Source: an uncultured Gemmatimonadales bacterium
Lineage (GTDB): Bacteria; Gemmatimonadota; Gemmatimonadetes; Palauibacterales; Palauibacteraceae
Assembly (NCBI GenBank): GCA_963783385.1
Contig: CAWANJ010000006.1
Location: 416,001-480,000 of the forward strand
Reading direction: 5' to 3'
Length of the DNA stretch: 64,000 bases
The translations under genes were made by a program, and so were the position numbers. Under the pieces are notes generated by a model that saw only the letters and a list, made by a program, of their open reading frames with translations, made no database searches and was not told where the DNA came from. Positions 36,612 to 51,527 of the stretch are shown here, in pieces (within the stretch, counting starts at the first letter, position 1; every line of letters starts with the position of its first letter).

Positions 36612-37898
36612 TCACCCGTAGCGTAGCCAGCGAATCATCTCCGGGAGGGTGGGACGTTTCCCCTTCATGAGGATGCCGACCCGGTAGATGCGCCCCGCTA
36701 CCCACGACACGCCCCAGATGGTGAGCACGAGGAGGATCAGCGACGTGACGATCTGCCAGGTCGCGGCGACGCCGGTCACGATGCGCACCAGCATGAGGAT
36801 GGGGCTGAAGAACGGGAACAGGGACGCCGCGGCGAGCCAGCCGGCATCGGGCGTGTTGATGCCGGAGAACGCCAGCACGAAGGGGACGATGATGAGGAGC
36901 ATCACGGGGAAGTTCATCTGCTGGGCCTGCTGGTCGTCACCGACCAGGGCCCCGACGGCGGCGAACGCCGACGCGTACAGGAGGAAGCCCAGCACGTAGT
37001 AGGCGAGGAAGGCGAGTCCGATTCCCACGTAGGGGAGAGAGACGCCCGAGAGGTCCACGCCCGCCTGGGAGAGGGCCACCATGGCCCCCGACAGCCCGTA
37101 AAGGGCCAGGAGGCCGACCGTCACGGCCCAGATGCCGATCTGCGTGAGTCCGACCGCCCCGATCCCCAGCACCTTGCCCAGCATGAGCTCGGAGGGACGC
37201 ACCGAGGATATGAGGACTTCCACGATGTCGGAGTTCTTCTCCTCGAGCACGCCGCGGACGATGACCTGGCCGTAGACGATGAACATCATGTAGAGCACGA
37301 AGCACAGGACCATGGCCAGGACGGCGAGGACGTCCTGGTGGGCGACCCCCTCCTGGCCCACCCGTTCGATGGACAGTCCGACCTGGGGTCTCTGCAGCGC
37401 CGTCGTCACCTCGGCGGCCGGGATGCCCGCCTGCTGCAGGCCGGCGGCCACGAGACTCGAGCGCACCGCACGTCGAATGGCGGCCTTACGTCGATCCGGG
37501 ACCACGCTCTTCGAGAGAAGGACCGCCGACCCGCCCCGGGCGACGGTGTCCCCGATCACGAGGAAGGCGTCGAAGTCGGAGTCCCGCAGCTCCGTGGCCA
37601 GGCGATCGGTCGTCTGGGACGGCGGACGGTCCGTCATGTCCGCCGCGATGCCGTCGTCCTCGGCGTGGAGCAGGGCCGGAACGTCCACCGCCCGCATGGG
37701 GGCCGTGGCCACCACGCCCACGTAGAGCGGGCTGGCCTTGCCCCCTCCTCGCGAGGCCAGCCAGGCGGGTGCCGTCGACAGGCCGATCATCAGGAGGGGA
37801 AGGCCGAAGGTGGTGATCAGGAACCACTTGTTCTTGACGCGAAACACGTACTCCCGGCGAATGATCGCGCCAATGCGCGCCAGCGACAGGCTGTTCAT
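36612..37898 (-). CDS. ABC-2 type transporter permease (NatB/YhaP-like)
   Basis: IIRREYVFRVKNKWF, GVLEEKNSDIVEVLISS, LMLGKVLG, FPFFSPILM, RIYRVGILMKG. Confidence 0.92.
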   Translation of the reverse strand: MNSLSLARIGAIIRREYVFRVKNKWFLITTFGLPLLMIGLSTAPAWLASRGGGKASPLYVGVVATAPMRAVDVPALLHAEDDGIAADMTDRPPSQTTDRLATELRDSDFDAFLVIGDTVARGGSAVLLSKSVVPDRRKAAIRRAVRSSLVAAGLQQAGIPAAEVTTALQRPQVGLSIERVGQEGVAHQDVLAVLAMVLCFVLYMMFIVYGQVIVRGVLEEKNSDIVEVLISSVRPSELMLGKVLGIGAVGLTQIGIWAVTVGLLALYGLSGAMVALSQAGVDLSGVSLPYVGIGLAFLAYYVLGFLLYASAFAAVGALVGDDQQAQQMNFPVMLLIIVPFVLAFSGINTPDAGWLAAASLFPFFSPILMLVRIVTGVAATWQIVTSLILLVLTIWGVSWVAGRIYRVGILMKGKRPTLPEMIRWLRYG

Positions 37899-38851
37899 CG
37901 GATCCCCCCGGCCGCCAGCTGAACGGATCCTTCCGTAGCGTCCAGGCCCCGCTTGCCGGCCCGCTCGAGGAAGATCTCTCTCAACGTGGGCTCGCGCACC
38001 TCGAAGTGGTCGATCTGCACGCCCGCTCCCACGGCCCGCCGCAAGAGCTCCGCGGGATCGACCCCGTCGGCCACCTTGAGCTCGTAGGCGTCTCCGTGCC
38101 GTTCCACCTTCCCATCCACGCCGGCCTGGCTCAGGAAGGAGGGTTCGCCGTGGAAGCGCAGGATGATGTCCCTGCGCCCCGTCGAGGCGCGCACTTCGCT
38201 CACGGAGCCGTCCAGCACCTTCCGGGCGCCGGCGATCATGCACACCCGGTCACACAGCTGCTCGGCGTCCTCGATCATGTGCGTGGAGAACAGGATGGTC
38301 GTGCCGGCCTCGTGCCGCTCGAGCACCATGCGCTTCAGGAGATCGACGTTGATGGGGTCGAGGCCGCTGAACGGCTCGTCGAGGATGAGGATCTCCGGAC
38401 GGTGCAGGATCGTGCCGATGAACTGGACCTTCTGCTGCATGCCCTTGGAGAGCTCCTCGAGCATCGAGTCGGCCCGGTCGCCCAACTCGAAGCGCTCAAG
38501 CCACTTCATGGCCTCGCTGCGGGCCTCCGAGCGGGCCATTCCCTTGAGCACGGCCAGGAAGACCAGCTGGTCGATCACGGTCATGCGCTGGTAGAGACCC
38601 CGCTCCTCGGGCAGGTACCCGATCCGGCAGCGCAGGGCATCGTCGATCCGCCGGCCCAGGACCTCGACCGTTCCCTCGTCGGGTCCCAGGATGTCCAGGA
38701 TGATGCGGATCGTGGTGGTCTTGCCGGCTCCGTTGGGGCCCAGGAGCCCATAGATGCTCCCCGCCGGAACGGCGAGGTCGAGAGACTGGACGGCGGTGGT
38801 GGAGCCGAAGCTCTTGGTGACTCCCGTCAAACGGATTGCGGCATCCTCCAC
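37895..38851 (-). CDS. ABC transporter ATP-binding protein
   Basis: GPNGAGKTT, LSKGMQQK, ILDEPFSGLD, STH. Confidence 0.95.
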   Translation of the reverse strand: MEDAAIRLTGVTKSFGSTTAVQSLDLAVPAGSIYGLLGPNGAGKTTTIRIILDILGPDEGTVEVLGRRIDDALRCRIGYLPEERGLYQRMTVIDQLVFLAVLKGMARSEARSEAMKWLERFELGDRADSMLEELSKGMQQKVQFIGTILHRPEILILDEPFSGLDPINVDLLKRMVLERHEAGTTILFSTHMIEDAEQLCDRVCMIAGARKVLDGSVSEVRASTGRRDIILRFHGEPSFLSQAGVDGKVERHGDAYELKVADGVDPAELLRRAVGAGVQIDHFEVREPTLREIFLERAGKRGLDATEGSVQLAAGGIR

Positions 38852-39000
38852 GGGCTCGATCTCCTGGAATTCGTGTGGGGCGACGTCAGCGAACGGGGCC
38901 AGTCGATTCGCCCGAAGGGCGGCACGCCGCGACGCGCCGAGGGGGCGGCGGCCGGAAATGTGAACATGGAACGGTGCATGGGCAAGAGCGCGGCTGCGCT

Positions 39001-39029
39001 TTCACGCGGCCGCCGCACGCGTCTATATT
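39001..39029 (+). promoter_or_regulatory. Putative sigma70-type promoter of the AbrB-like gene
   Basis: TTCACG - 17 nt - TATATT in an otherwise very GC-rich divergent intergenic region. Confidence 0.5.
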
Positions 39030-39153
39030 GTGAGGATGCGGGTGGCCGCGGAGCGCGGCGAGCGAGCCCCCGCCCGGCCGGGACCACCGGTCGGTCCCGC
39101 CCGTCCCGGCCGCGGCGGCACTCGTCTGGTCTCCTGGAGGAAGGAACAGCGAT

Positions 39154-39336
39154 ATGGGCATCTATCGGGTCAAGTACCGGACTTCGATCCCCGTGGGGAG
39201 CGGTGGACGGATCACGATTCCCCAGGAGATGCGCGAAGACCTGGGCATCGACGATGGGGACACCCTCGCCGCCCGCCTGGAGGAGAGCGAAACGGGCCGG
39301 CGCCAGATCACGTTCTGGAAGTCCGAGAACGGCTGA
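39154..39336 (+). CDS. AbrB/MazE/SpoVT-family DNA-binding protein
   Basis: GRITIPQEMREDLGIDDGD swapped-hairpin motif; SD GGAGGAAGG. Confidence 0.85.
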   Translation: MGIYRVKYRTSIPVGSGGRITIPQEMREDLGIDDGDTLAARLEESETGRRQITFWKSENG

Positions 39337-39361
39337 CCCCCGCTCGCAGGCCGGGGAGGCT

Positions 39362-40093
39362 TCAGGTACGGTCCGCCACGTGGAGGGCCATCGCGCCGAG
39401 CAGGAGATCGACCCACACGCAGCGCTCGAAGCCCACGCGGTGCATGAGCTCGGCGACCTCCGGCTGTGATGGATAGGCCCTGAGAGACTCGGGAATGTAG
39501 AGATACGCCTCCGGGTCGCGGTGGAGCGCCCAACCCACGACGGCCGTCGACAGGTCCAGGTAGCGTAGATAGAGTTCGCGCAGAAGCGCGGCTTCCGGCT
39601 TCCCGAAGTCCAGGCTCACCAGGCGGCCTCCGGGTCGCAGGCACCGGTGGATCTCGGCGAGAGAGCGCTCCAGGTCCGGGAAGTTCCTGAGACCGTAGCC
39701 GATCACGACCCGGTCGAAGCTCCCGGAGGCGAAAGGAAGCTCGAGCGCGTCGGCGGCCAGCCACCGGACCGATTCTCCTCCTGGCCTGGCGGCGCCGACC
39801 TCCATCATCTCCGGCGTGAGGTCGGCGGCCACCACATGTCCCTCGGCACCCACACGCCGCCCGGCTTCGATGGCCAGGTCGCCGGTGCCCGCCGCCAGAT
39901 CCAGCACCGCGTGGCCGGGACGAATCTCCGCCAGATCCATTAGCCGGCGCTTCCAGCGTCGATGGAGCCCCAGCGACATGACATCGTTGGTGAGGTCGTA
40001 GCGGTGGGCGATGCGGCCGAAGAGGTCCCGGACATAACGCCGCTTATCGAACGGACGCTCCAGGTGGTCCCGGATGCGGTGCTTGAGGCTCAC
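39362..40093 (-). CDS. menG: Demethylmenaquinone/ubiquinone methyltransferase
   Basis: VRDLFGRIAHRYDLTNDVMSLGLHRRWK, LDLAAGTGD, DALELPF, GYGLRN, AYLYIPES. Confidence 0.88.
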   Translation of the reverse strand: MSLKHRIRDHLERPFDKRRYVRDLFGRIAHRYDLTNDVMSLGLHRRWKRRLMDLAEIRPGHAVLDLAAGTGDLAIEAGRRVGAEGHVVAADLTPEMMEVGAARPGGESVRWLAADALELPFASGSFDRVVIGYGLRNFPDLERSLAEIHRCLRPGGRLVSLDFGKPEAALLRELYLRYLDLSTAVVGWALHRDPEAYLYIPESLRAYPSQPEVAELMHRVGFERCVWVDLLLGAMALHVADRT

Positions 40094-40181
40094 GGCACCC
40101 CCCCGGAGTCGGGGGGCCATCGTCCGGAGCCGGCAGGAGGAGAGAGAGGCCGCCCGCCCGAGGAGGCGGGCGACCGCAGGA

Positions 40182-40508
40182 TCAGCGGGCCACGGCGCGG
40201 GCCCGCCTGGCGGGAATGCGGTCGACGACCTTCGTCTCCGTGACGGAGATGCCGTCCACGGTGGCGGGGTAGACCAGGTTCAGGAAGAACCGCATGGCGT
40301 CCGACTCGCGGTGGGCTTCCCGCGCGCGCCGGTTCTCGAACGTGGCCAGATGCAAGAACCGGTGGTCGTCCTCGTCCTCCTGGAGGACGACGTAGAGGAC
40401 GGTGCCCTCCTCGCTCTCCCGGACGTGCTCCACCAGCTCCCGGACCGCGTCCTTGCACGCATCGACGGTGCCGGGTCGGACGGTGTACCGCGTGGCTTCG
40501 TAGATCAT
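40182..40508 (-). CDS. ABM (antibiotic biosynthesis monooxygenase)-like dimeric alpha/beta barrel protein
   Basis: YTVRPG..VRESEEGTVLY..F..AREAHRES pattern; SD GGAG upstream. Confidence 0.75.
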   Translation of the reverse strand: MIYEATRYTVRPGTVDACKDAVRELVEHVRESEEGTVLYVVLQEDEDDHRFLHLATFENRRAREAHRESDAMRFFLNLVYPATVDGISVTETKVVDRIPARRARAVAR

Positions 40509-40744
40509 CGCTGCGCCTTCTCTCCGTGTTGGCCCCGGGGCTCCGGCGAAGCGCCGGCGCGCTCGGTGCGAGTCGCCTCAGGGCGACCGCCTGCGTGGCA
40601 CGGAGACAAACGCAACCTGCGTACCCGTCGATGGCTCTGCCTCCAACATGTGTCAAGTTCTTGTCTGCCACCTACATAGATTCGCCGAACCCCCGGGTTG
40701 CCGCGGGCGGCGATCGAACAGAGTTGGTGTATGGTGCAAACTTT

Positions 40745-42284
<1,540 letters not shown>

Positions 42285-42458
42285 GGGCAAGCTTCGCGCA
42301 TGGGGGATGAGGACGGCGGCAATGTCCGCCCGCACCGCGAGGCTGTCAACGCGATCGCCGTGCCGCCGTGCCGCCGGTCACCCCCGCGAGGCGGCATCGG
42401 CGCCTGACCACGGAGCGACGCGTGGCGGGCTCCCGACGGTCGCGCCCGCCGCGAGCAG

Positions 42459-42487
42459 TTGGCGGCCGAAGGGCGGCCCGTTAGCTT
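42459..42487 (+). promoter_or_regulatory. Putative sigma70-type promoter of the DUF2723 gene
   Basis: TTGGCG - 17 nt - TAGCTT, the same -10 as upstream of spt. Confidence 0.45.
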
Positions 42488-42529
42488 TCCGGCTCTTCGG
42501 CAGTCCAGGACTTGACTTCTCCCGGTGCC

Positions 42530-44917
42530 ATGACGGACACCAATCGACAGGCGGGACGCGAACGCTCGGGCGGACGCGGACGGGCTCGGCGGCCGGCGGA
42601 TGCGTCGGCTCGAGCCCTGGGGATCGAGCGGCTCCGGGTGGGGCCGCTTCCGATCTGGGGATGGGCGCTGGTCACCGCGCTGGTGGTGTGGGCCCTGTAT
42701 CTCCTCACGCTGGCCCCGAGCACGGCCTTCTGGGACACCTCCGAGTACATCGCCACGGCCCACATCCTGGGCATCCCGCATCCGCCGGGTAACCCGTTCT
42801 TCGTGGTGGTCGGTCGCGTGTGGGACGCCGCCCTGTCGTGGACGGGGCTCCCCGTGGCCGTCCGCATCAACGCGATGAGTGCGAGCTTCTCGGCGGCCTC
42901 GGCCGCCTTCTTCTTCCTGACCCTGGTGCGCGTCTGGTCGCACTGGACCGAACGCAGGGGCGTCCTGGTCGTGGCGGCCGCGGTCAGCGTGTTCGTCGGC
43001 GCCACGGCGTTCACGGTGTGGTACCAGTCGAACGTGAACGCCAAGGTCTACACGGTCTCGCTGCTGTTCGTGGCCGTGCTCACCTACCTGGCTATCCTGT
43101 GGGAAGACGTCGCCGACACGCCGCGCGGCGATCGACTCGTCCTCCTGGTGGGCTTCCTGCTCGGACTCGGGGCCACCAACCATCCGATGTCGGAGCTCCC
43201 CGTCCTGGCGCTGTTCGTGTTCGTCCTCTGGCACCGGCCGCGCACGCTCCTGCGCTGGCGACTCCTGCTGCCCGGGATCGTGCTCGCCGGGATCGGCTTC
43301 TCGCTCCAGGTGTTCTTCGTGCCGATTCGCTCGGCGCAGAACCCGGTCATCAACGAGGCGAGTCCCCAGTGCAAGAGCCTGTGGAACGCCGCGTTCACGC
43401 CCGTCGACCTGATCCCGGGCCTGGACAAGGCCGTCCCCGAGTCCATGGTGTGCGAGTCCCTGAAGGATGCCCTCACGCGGCAGCAGTACGGGAAGCCCCC
43501 GATCACGGATCGCCAGGCGCCCTACAGCGCGCAGCTGGGCAACTACGTGCAGTACTTCGACTGGCAATGGGCCCGGGACCTGCCGTCCTGGGTCCGGAGC
43601 ATGTTCACCATGCTCTTCTTCCTGCTGGGGCTGTGGGGGCTCTGGCAGCACTGGAAGGGCGACCGGGACAGCTTCGTCTACTTCTTCACGCTGCTGATCA
43701 CGGTCGTGCCGCTGCTCGTCTTCTACCTGAACTTCAAGTACGGGTACTCCCAGCACCCGGAGATCACGGACTTCAACCTCCATGAGGTTCGCGAGCGCGA
43801 CTACTTCTTCATCGTGAGCTTCTACCTGTGGGGGATGTACGCCGGCACCGGCCTCGTCTCCCTCTGGAATCAGATCGCGGAGGAGCTGTCGGAGCGCTGG
43901 GGCGAGGTGACGCGGAGCTCGAGAGGAGGATCGGCGCTCCCGGCGCTCGGGAGGGCGCACCTGCAATCGGCGCCGCTCCTCCTGGTCGCCTTCCTGCCCC
44001 TCGTGCTGAACTGGGGTCGCGCCGACCGGACGGAGGACTATTCGGCCCGTGACTGGGCGTACAACCTCCTCCAGTCCGTGGAGCCCTACGGCGTGCTGTT
44101 CACCAACGGGGACAACGACACGTTCCCGCTATGGTACGTCCAGGAGGTGGAGGGCATCCGGCAGGACGTCACGGTCATCGTGCACTCCTACCTGGGCACC
44201 GACTGGTACCCCAAGCAGCTCCGGGACCTGACGCGGCCGTGCCCGGCGGGGGTCGACCCGAAGGCGGACCCGACCGTGATCGTATGCCAGCGGCCCTTCG
44301 ACACGGCCGATGCGGTCGAGCCCTACAAGGACATGACGATCACGCCGCCCCAGCGGTCGATTCTGGCGGTCGCGGACTCGGTCATCGAGAACCTGCCGCC
44401 CGGGCAGGTGGTCCAGCAGGCGCTGAACGTGCCGTTCTCCCAGCACGTGACGGCCCACCTGAGCGCGAACTCTGTGGTCACCCACGGCGACCTGCTCGTG
44501 TACCTGATGTCCCGGACGTCCCTGGGGGATCGGCCCGTGTACTTCGCCGCCACGGCGCCGCCCGTGTACGAGGCCTGGGGGCTGACGCCGCAGCTCCTGC
44601 GGCAGGGGCTGGCCTACAAGCTGGTGAACGGCATCCTCGAGCCCACGACGGACACCGTGCAGGTGAGCCGGCAGTTCGGTGTGCGCTGGCAGGATGTGAC
44701 CCGGAGCCGCCAGCTGCTCTGGGACGTGTTCAACGTGGACTACCTCCTGACCTGGGACCTGTGGCCCGAGCCCTCGACCCGGAGCAGCATTCCGACGCAG
44801 TACTACCTGGCCTACCTGGCGCAGGGGGACGCGGACCGGCTCCTGGACCTGCCCGACCGGTCACAGCAGAACATCGAGCGGGCCGACAAGTTCAGACGGC
44901 TGGCGGGGTTCCAGTAG
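42530..44917 (+). CDS. DUF2723 (TMEM260-like) multi-TM putative glycosyltransferase
   Basis: YLLTLAPSTAFWDTSEYIATAHILGIPHPPGNPFF, EVRERDYFF, LFTNGDNDTFPLWY.QEVEG.R.DV. Confidence 0.88.
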   Translation: MTDTNRQAGRERSGGRGRARRPADASARALGIERLRVGPLPIWGWALVTALVVWALYLLTLAPSTAFWDTSEYIATAHILGIPHPPGNPFFVVVGRVWDAALSWTGLPVAVRINAMSASFSAASAAFFFLTLVRVWSHWTERRGVLVVAAAVSVFVGATAFTVWYQSNVNAKVYTVSLLFVAVLTYLAILWEDVADTPRGDRLVLLVGFLLGLGATNHPMSELPVLALFVFVLWHRPRTLLRWRLLLPGIVLAGIGFSLQVFFVPIRSAQNPVINEASPQCKSLWNAAFTPVDLIPGLDKAVPESMVCESLKDALTRQQYGKPPITDRQAPYSAQLGNYVQYFDWQWARDLPSWVRSMFTMLFFLLGLWGLWQHWKGDRDSFVYFFTLLITVVPLLVFYLNFKYGYSQHPEITDFNLHEVRERDYFFIVSFYLWGMYAGTGLVSLWNQIAEELSERWGEVTRSSRGGSALPALGRAHLQSAPLLLVAFLPLVLNWGRADRTEDYSARDWAYNLLQSVEPYGVLFTNGDNDTFPLWYVQEVEGIRQDVTVIVHSYLGTDWYPKQLRDLTRPCPAGVDPKADPTVIVCQRPFDTADAVEPYKDMTITPPQRSILAVADSVIENLPPGQVVQQALNVPFSQHVTAHLSANSVVTHGDLLVYLMSRTSLGDRPVYFAATAPPVYEAWGLTPQLLRQGLAYKLVNGILEPTTDTVQVSRQFGVRWQDVTRSRQLLWDVFNVDYLLTWDLWPEPSTRSSIPTQYYLAYLAQGDADRLLDLPDRSQQNIERADKFRRLAGFQ

Positions 44918-44954
44918 CCAGGCAGCGGGGAGGCCGGACGGGCCGGACGGGCTT

Positions 44955-45431
44955 CTAGGGCTTGAGGGTCGCCAGCAGCAGGACGATGAGCAGCAGCGCC
45001 CCGATCACCGAGCCCACGATAGCGTGTCGCTTCCGGTACTTCCGGAAGTCCCGCGTCCGCGCGCCGGCCTCCGCCGAGGCGCGCGCCTCCCGGGCCAGGC
45101 GTCCAGCCAGCGGCACCTGGTAGAGGATTCCCACCGCCACCGCCACGATCCCCAGCACCTGCATCTGGAACAGCCAGTGGTTCGGGAACGGCCGGAACCA
45201 CGGAAATCCTATGCCCATGTTCAGACCGATTCCGCCCACCAGCGTCAGGATCATGCCCGCAAAGCCGAGCGTGCGCGTGAGCCGGTCGGCCGCGCCGTAG
45301 GCGAAGGCGGCCACCTCGAGGTTCTCCTCCCTGGCGGCCGGACCCGTGATGAACGGGAGAGTGACCGCCAGCCCGACCCACAGGACGACGCCGAGCACGT
45401 GCAGGAACAGGAACAGGCCCGTCACCGTCAT
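44955..45431 (-). CDS. Four-TM membrane protein (DUF2269/CopD-like)
   Basis: LFLHVLGVVLWVG N-terminus and C-terminal LATLKP. Confidence 0.75.
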   Translation of the reverse strand: MTVTGLFLFLHVLGVVLWVGLAVTLPFITGPAAREENLEVAAFAYGAADRLTRTLGFAGMILTLVGGIGLNMGIGFPWFRPFPNHWLFQMQVLGIVAVAVGILYQVPLAGRLAREARASAEAGARTRDFRKYRKRHAIVGSVIGALLLIVLLLATLKP

Positions 45432-45468
45432 GGGATCCTCCGTTCGGGGGGCTTCATCGCCGGCGAAG

Positions 45469-48783
<3,315 letters not shown>

Positions 48784-48949
48784 CAGCAGGTCAGGGCGCG
48801 GCTACGGCTCGGTTCGATGGGTGTCCTCGGCTCCGGATATCTCGCCCCGTCACGTCGGGGCTGCGGCGCGCCAACATAACCCGGGGGCGCGAGCCGCGCA
48901 CGGTCCGGGCCGCACCGACGGGAGGAGCGTCCAGGAAGCGGGTGGGCCC

Positions 48950-49762
48950 CTACAGGTCGCGCCGGCGGAGGATGAGGTAGGCAGCCACGAGGAAGGCTGC
49001 GAGCCACGCGAAGGCGAGGGCGACGACCGTCCCGGTCGGAAGGACCGCGGCCGCGGAGGGCGGCCCGCTCGGGCTGGCGTGGGCCAGGGTCGGGTAGTAG
49101 CGCGCCGGCCGGTGGAGGGCGCCGAACACGGCGCTGGGCAGGTAGCGGGGCACGACGTGCAGGATGCTGTCCAGCTTCGACAGGCCGTCGCCCACGATCT
49201 GTTCGAGGAGCAGGTACAGGAAGAACACGCCGATCGCCACGCCCGAGCGCCGCAGGGCGACGCCGATCAGGAACGCGAGGCCGGCGTAGCCGGTCAGGTC
49301 GAGGAGCGAGCCGGCCATGAGGCGCGCGTCGTTCCAGCGAACCAGCGTCGCCGAACCGATCGACGTGTAGGGGAGCGCGAAAGCCCCTCCCACGACGACG
49401 GCCGTCACGAAGAACAGCAGCACGGTGGCCAGGAGGACCAGCGTCTTGGCGACGTAGAATTCGTCCCTGGACAGCCCCGCCACGAAATGCTGGCGAAGCG
49501 TGCCCCATCGGAACTCGTTCGTGACGGACAGGATCACGGTCACCGAGATGAAGAGCACCAGCACGGCGCTCGCCCCGGCCACGATTCGCGGCCAGCCCAT
49601 GGGAAGCGACAGGGGCTGCGCATTCGGGTTCCGGGCCAGCACGTGGGCCGTCCCCCCGACGGCGATCGCGATGAGGCCCGCCAGGCCGACGAGCGCGATC
49701 CAGAACGCCCGGTCGTGACGCACCTTGATGGCCTCGTTGCGGACCAGCGTCCCGAGCCTCAC
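48950..49762 (-). CDS. ABC-2 family transporter permease
   Basis: Six TM; VRNEAIKV, NEFRWGTLRQ..GLSR..AK, C-terminal RRRDL. Confidence 0.88.
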   Translation of the reverse strand: MRLGTLVRNEAIKVRHDRAFWIALVGLAGLIAIAVGGTAHVLARNPNAQPLSLPMGWPRIVAGASAVLVLFISVTVILSVTNEFRWGTLRQHFVAGLSRDEFYVAKTLVLLATVLLFFVTAVVVGGAFALPYTSIGSATLVRWNDARLMAGSLLDLTGYAGLAFLIGVALRRSGVAIGVFFLYLLLEQIVGDGLSKLDSILHVVPRYLPSAVFGALHRPARYYPTLAHASPSGPPSAAAVLPTGTVVALAFAWLAAFLVAAYLILRRRDL

Positions 49763-50706
49763 GGGGCTTCCTCCCCGGCCGCGTCTCCGGCCTGGCCGTC
49801 CCCAACCTCCTCCGCGGAGCGCGTGAGGCCGATGAAGGCCTCCTCCAGCGTGGAGCGATGCGGGGTCAGCACGGAGACGTAGATGCCGCGACCGGCCAGG
49901 TAGCGGTTCAGCGCGCCGGGATCGTCGCTCCTGAGCCGCACGATCACTCCGTCTCCCCGGACCTCGGCCGACTCCGCGTCCGGGTACTCCAGGGCGGCGG
50001 CCCGCAGCGCCTCGGAATCGCCCGCGACGATCCGCACGGCGACGCCGGAGGCGAGGAGGTCGTCCATGGCGGCCTGCCGCACGATGCGGCCGTGCCGGAC
50101 GATGGCCGCGTGCGTGCAGCTGCGCTCGACCTCATGGAGCAGGTGACTGGAGAGGAAGATGGTCTTGCCTCCCGCCGCCAGCGACGCGAGCAGGTCGCGG
50201 ACCTCCTGCATCCCCTCCGGATCGAGGCCGTTCATGGGCTCGTCCAGGACGACGAGCTCCGGGTCCCCGAGCAGGGCGGCGGCGATGGCCAGGCGTTGCT
50301 TCATGCCCAGCGAGTAGGCGCCGAACCGGTCCCGCCGCCGCTCGAACAGGCCGACGTTCCGGAGCGCCCGCTCGATGGCCGGCCCCTCGACGCCCCGGAG
50401 GTTGGCGACGATGCGCAGGTTGTCGTGGCCGCTCAGGAAGGGATAGAAGCTGGGGATGTCGAGCGTGGCGCCGATGCGCTGACGGGCGGCGTGCAGTCCG
50501 CGCCGACCCGTGAGCCCGAACATGCTCAGCTCGCCGGCGCTCGGCCTGATGAGCCCGAGCAGCATGGCGATCGTGGTGGTCTTGCCGCTGCCGTTCGGGC
50601 CCAGGAACCCGAACACCTGCCCCACCTCGACCTCGAGGCTGAGGTCGTCCACGGCGACCGTCTTGCCGAACCGCTTGGTCAGACCGCGCGTGGCGATGAC
50701 GGGCAT
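49759..50706 (-). CDS. ABC transporter ATP-binding protein (BcrA-like)
   Basis: GPNGSGKTT, YSLGMKQRL, LDEPMNGLD, SSH. Confidence 0.93.
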   Translation of the reverse strand: MPVIATRGLTKRFGKTVAVDDLSLEVEVGQVFGFLGPNGSGKTTTIAMLLGLIRPSAGELSMFGLTGRRGLHAARQRIGATLDIPSFYPFLSGHDNLRIVANLRGVEGPAIERALRNVGLFERRRDRFGAYSLGMKQRLAIAAALLGDPELVVLDEPMNGLDPEGMQEVRDLLASLAAGGKTIFLSSHLLHEVERSCTHAAIVRHGRIVRQAAMDDLLASGVAVRIVAGDSEALRAAALEYPDAESAEVRGDGVIVRLRSDDPGALNRYLAGRGIYVSVLTPHRSTLEEAFIGLTRSAEEVGDGQAGDAAGEEAP

Positions 50707-50870
50707 GGGGGCTCCGGGTGGGGGGCCGGCTCCGGGTTCGAACCGGCCCGAATCTACGCCGGGCGAACCCTCACCGCACGCCGTCTTCGAGATCCATTCT
50801 CGCTCTCGATCACGGGCGATGGCCGGACCCCAGTCCGGGTGAGTCGCCGTGCTCCGGCTCCGTCGCCCGA

Positions 50871-51527
50871 CTACCGGTACCAGCCCCCGATGGGCCACGC
50901 CACGGCGTCGCGCTGAAGCGCCGGATCGGCCGGCATCGCGAGGAGGAAGAAGGCGTCACGCTCGCGCCAGTCGGCAGGCTTGTCCGGAAACACCCCGTCG
51001 ATGATGAACCGGCCTGGATCGTCGACGCCGATAGTGGCCGAGATGGCCCGGGCGGCCGGAAGGATGTCGTCCGGTCCGGCGAGGGCCTTCGCTCCGAAGA
51101 AGCTCGGAGGCGGTAGCAGACCCTTCCCGGACAGGTAGAGAGCCCCGGTCCCCTCCGTCCGGGTGGCGAAGACCGAGGACCGAAAGCGTCCGAGCACCTT
51201 CCCCGCCCGCAGTCGGAAGACGTAGAGGACGACCCGTACGGGCCGCCTGCACTCGCACCGCAGCACGAGCGCCCCATCCAGGAGTTCGTGGAGGGGGATC
51301 CCGCGGGCTCCGCTCTTCGCGAGCAGCATGTCCGCGCGCCGCGGGTCGAGCTCCATGCGGGTCACGACGGGCGGCGAAGGATCGGACCGGACCACACCGG
51401 CCCGGACCCGCGTGGGCGCGGGTGCCTCCCCTGTCCCTGTGCCGGGAGGCGCGGGAGGGGACACGGCGAGCGACAGCGCCGCGATCAGCGGCGACAGGGC
51501 CGTGACCAGAAGCGCTCGTCCCATCAC
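50871..51527 (-). CDS. Hypothetical secreted protein (unnamed domain, copy 1)
   Basis: Signal peptide ALLVTALSPLIAALSLA; the start overlaps the upstream stop. Similar to the C-terminal extension of the OmpA protein. Confidence 0.65.
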   Translation of the reverse strand: MMGRALLVTALSPLIAALSLAVSPPAPPGTGTGEAPAPTRVRAGVVRSDPSPPVVTRMELDPRRADMLLAKSGARGIPLHELLDGALVLRCECRRPVRVVLYVFRLRAGKVLGRFRSSVFATRTEGTGALYLSGKGLLPPPSFFGAKALAGPDDILPAARAISATIGVDDPGRFIIDGVFPDKPADWRERDAFFLLAMPADPALQRDAVAWPIGGWYR

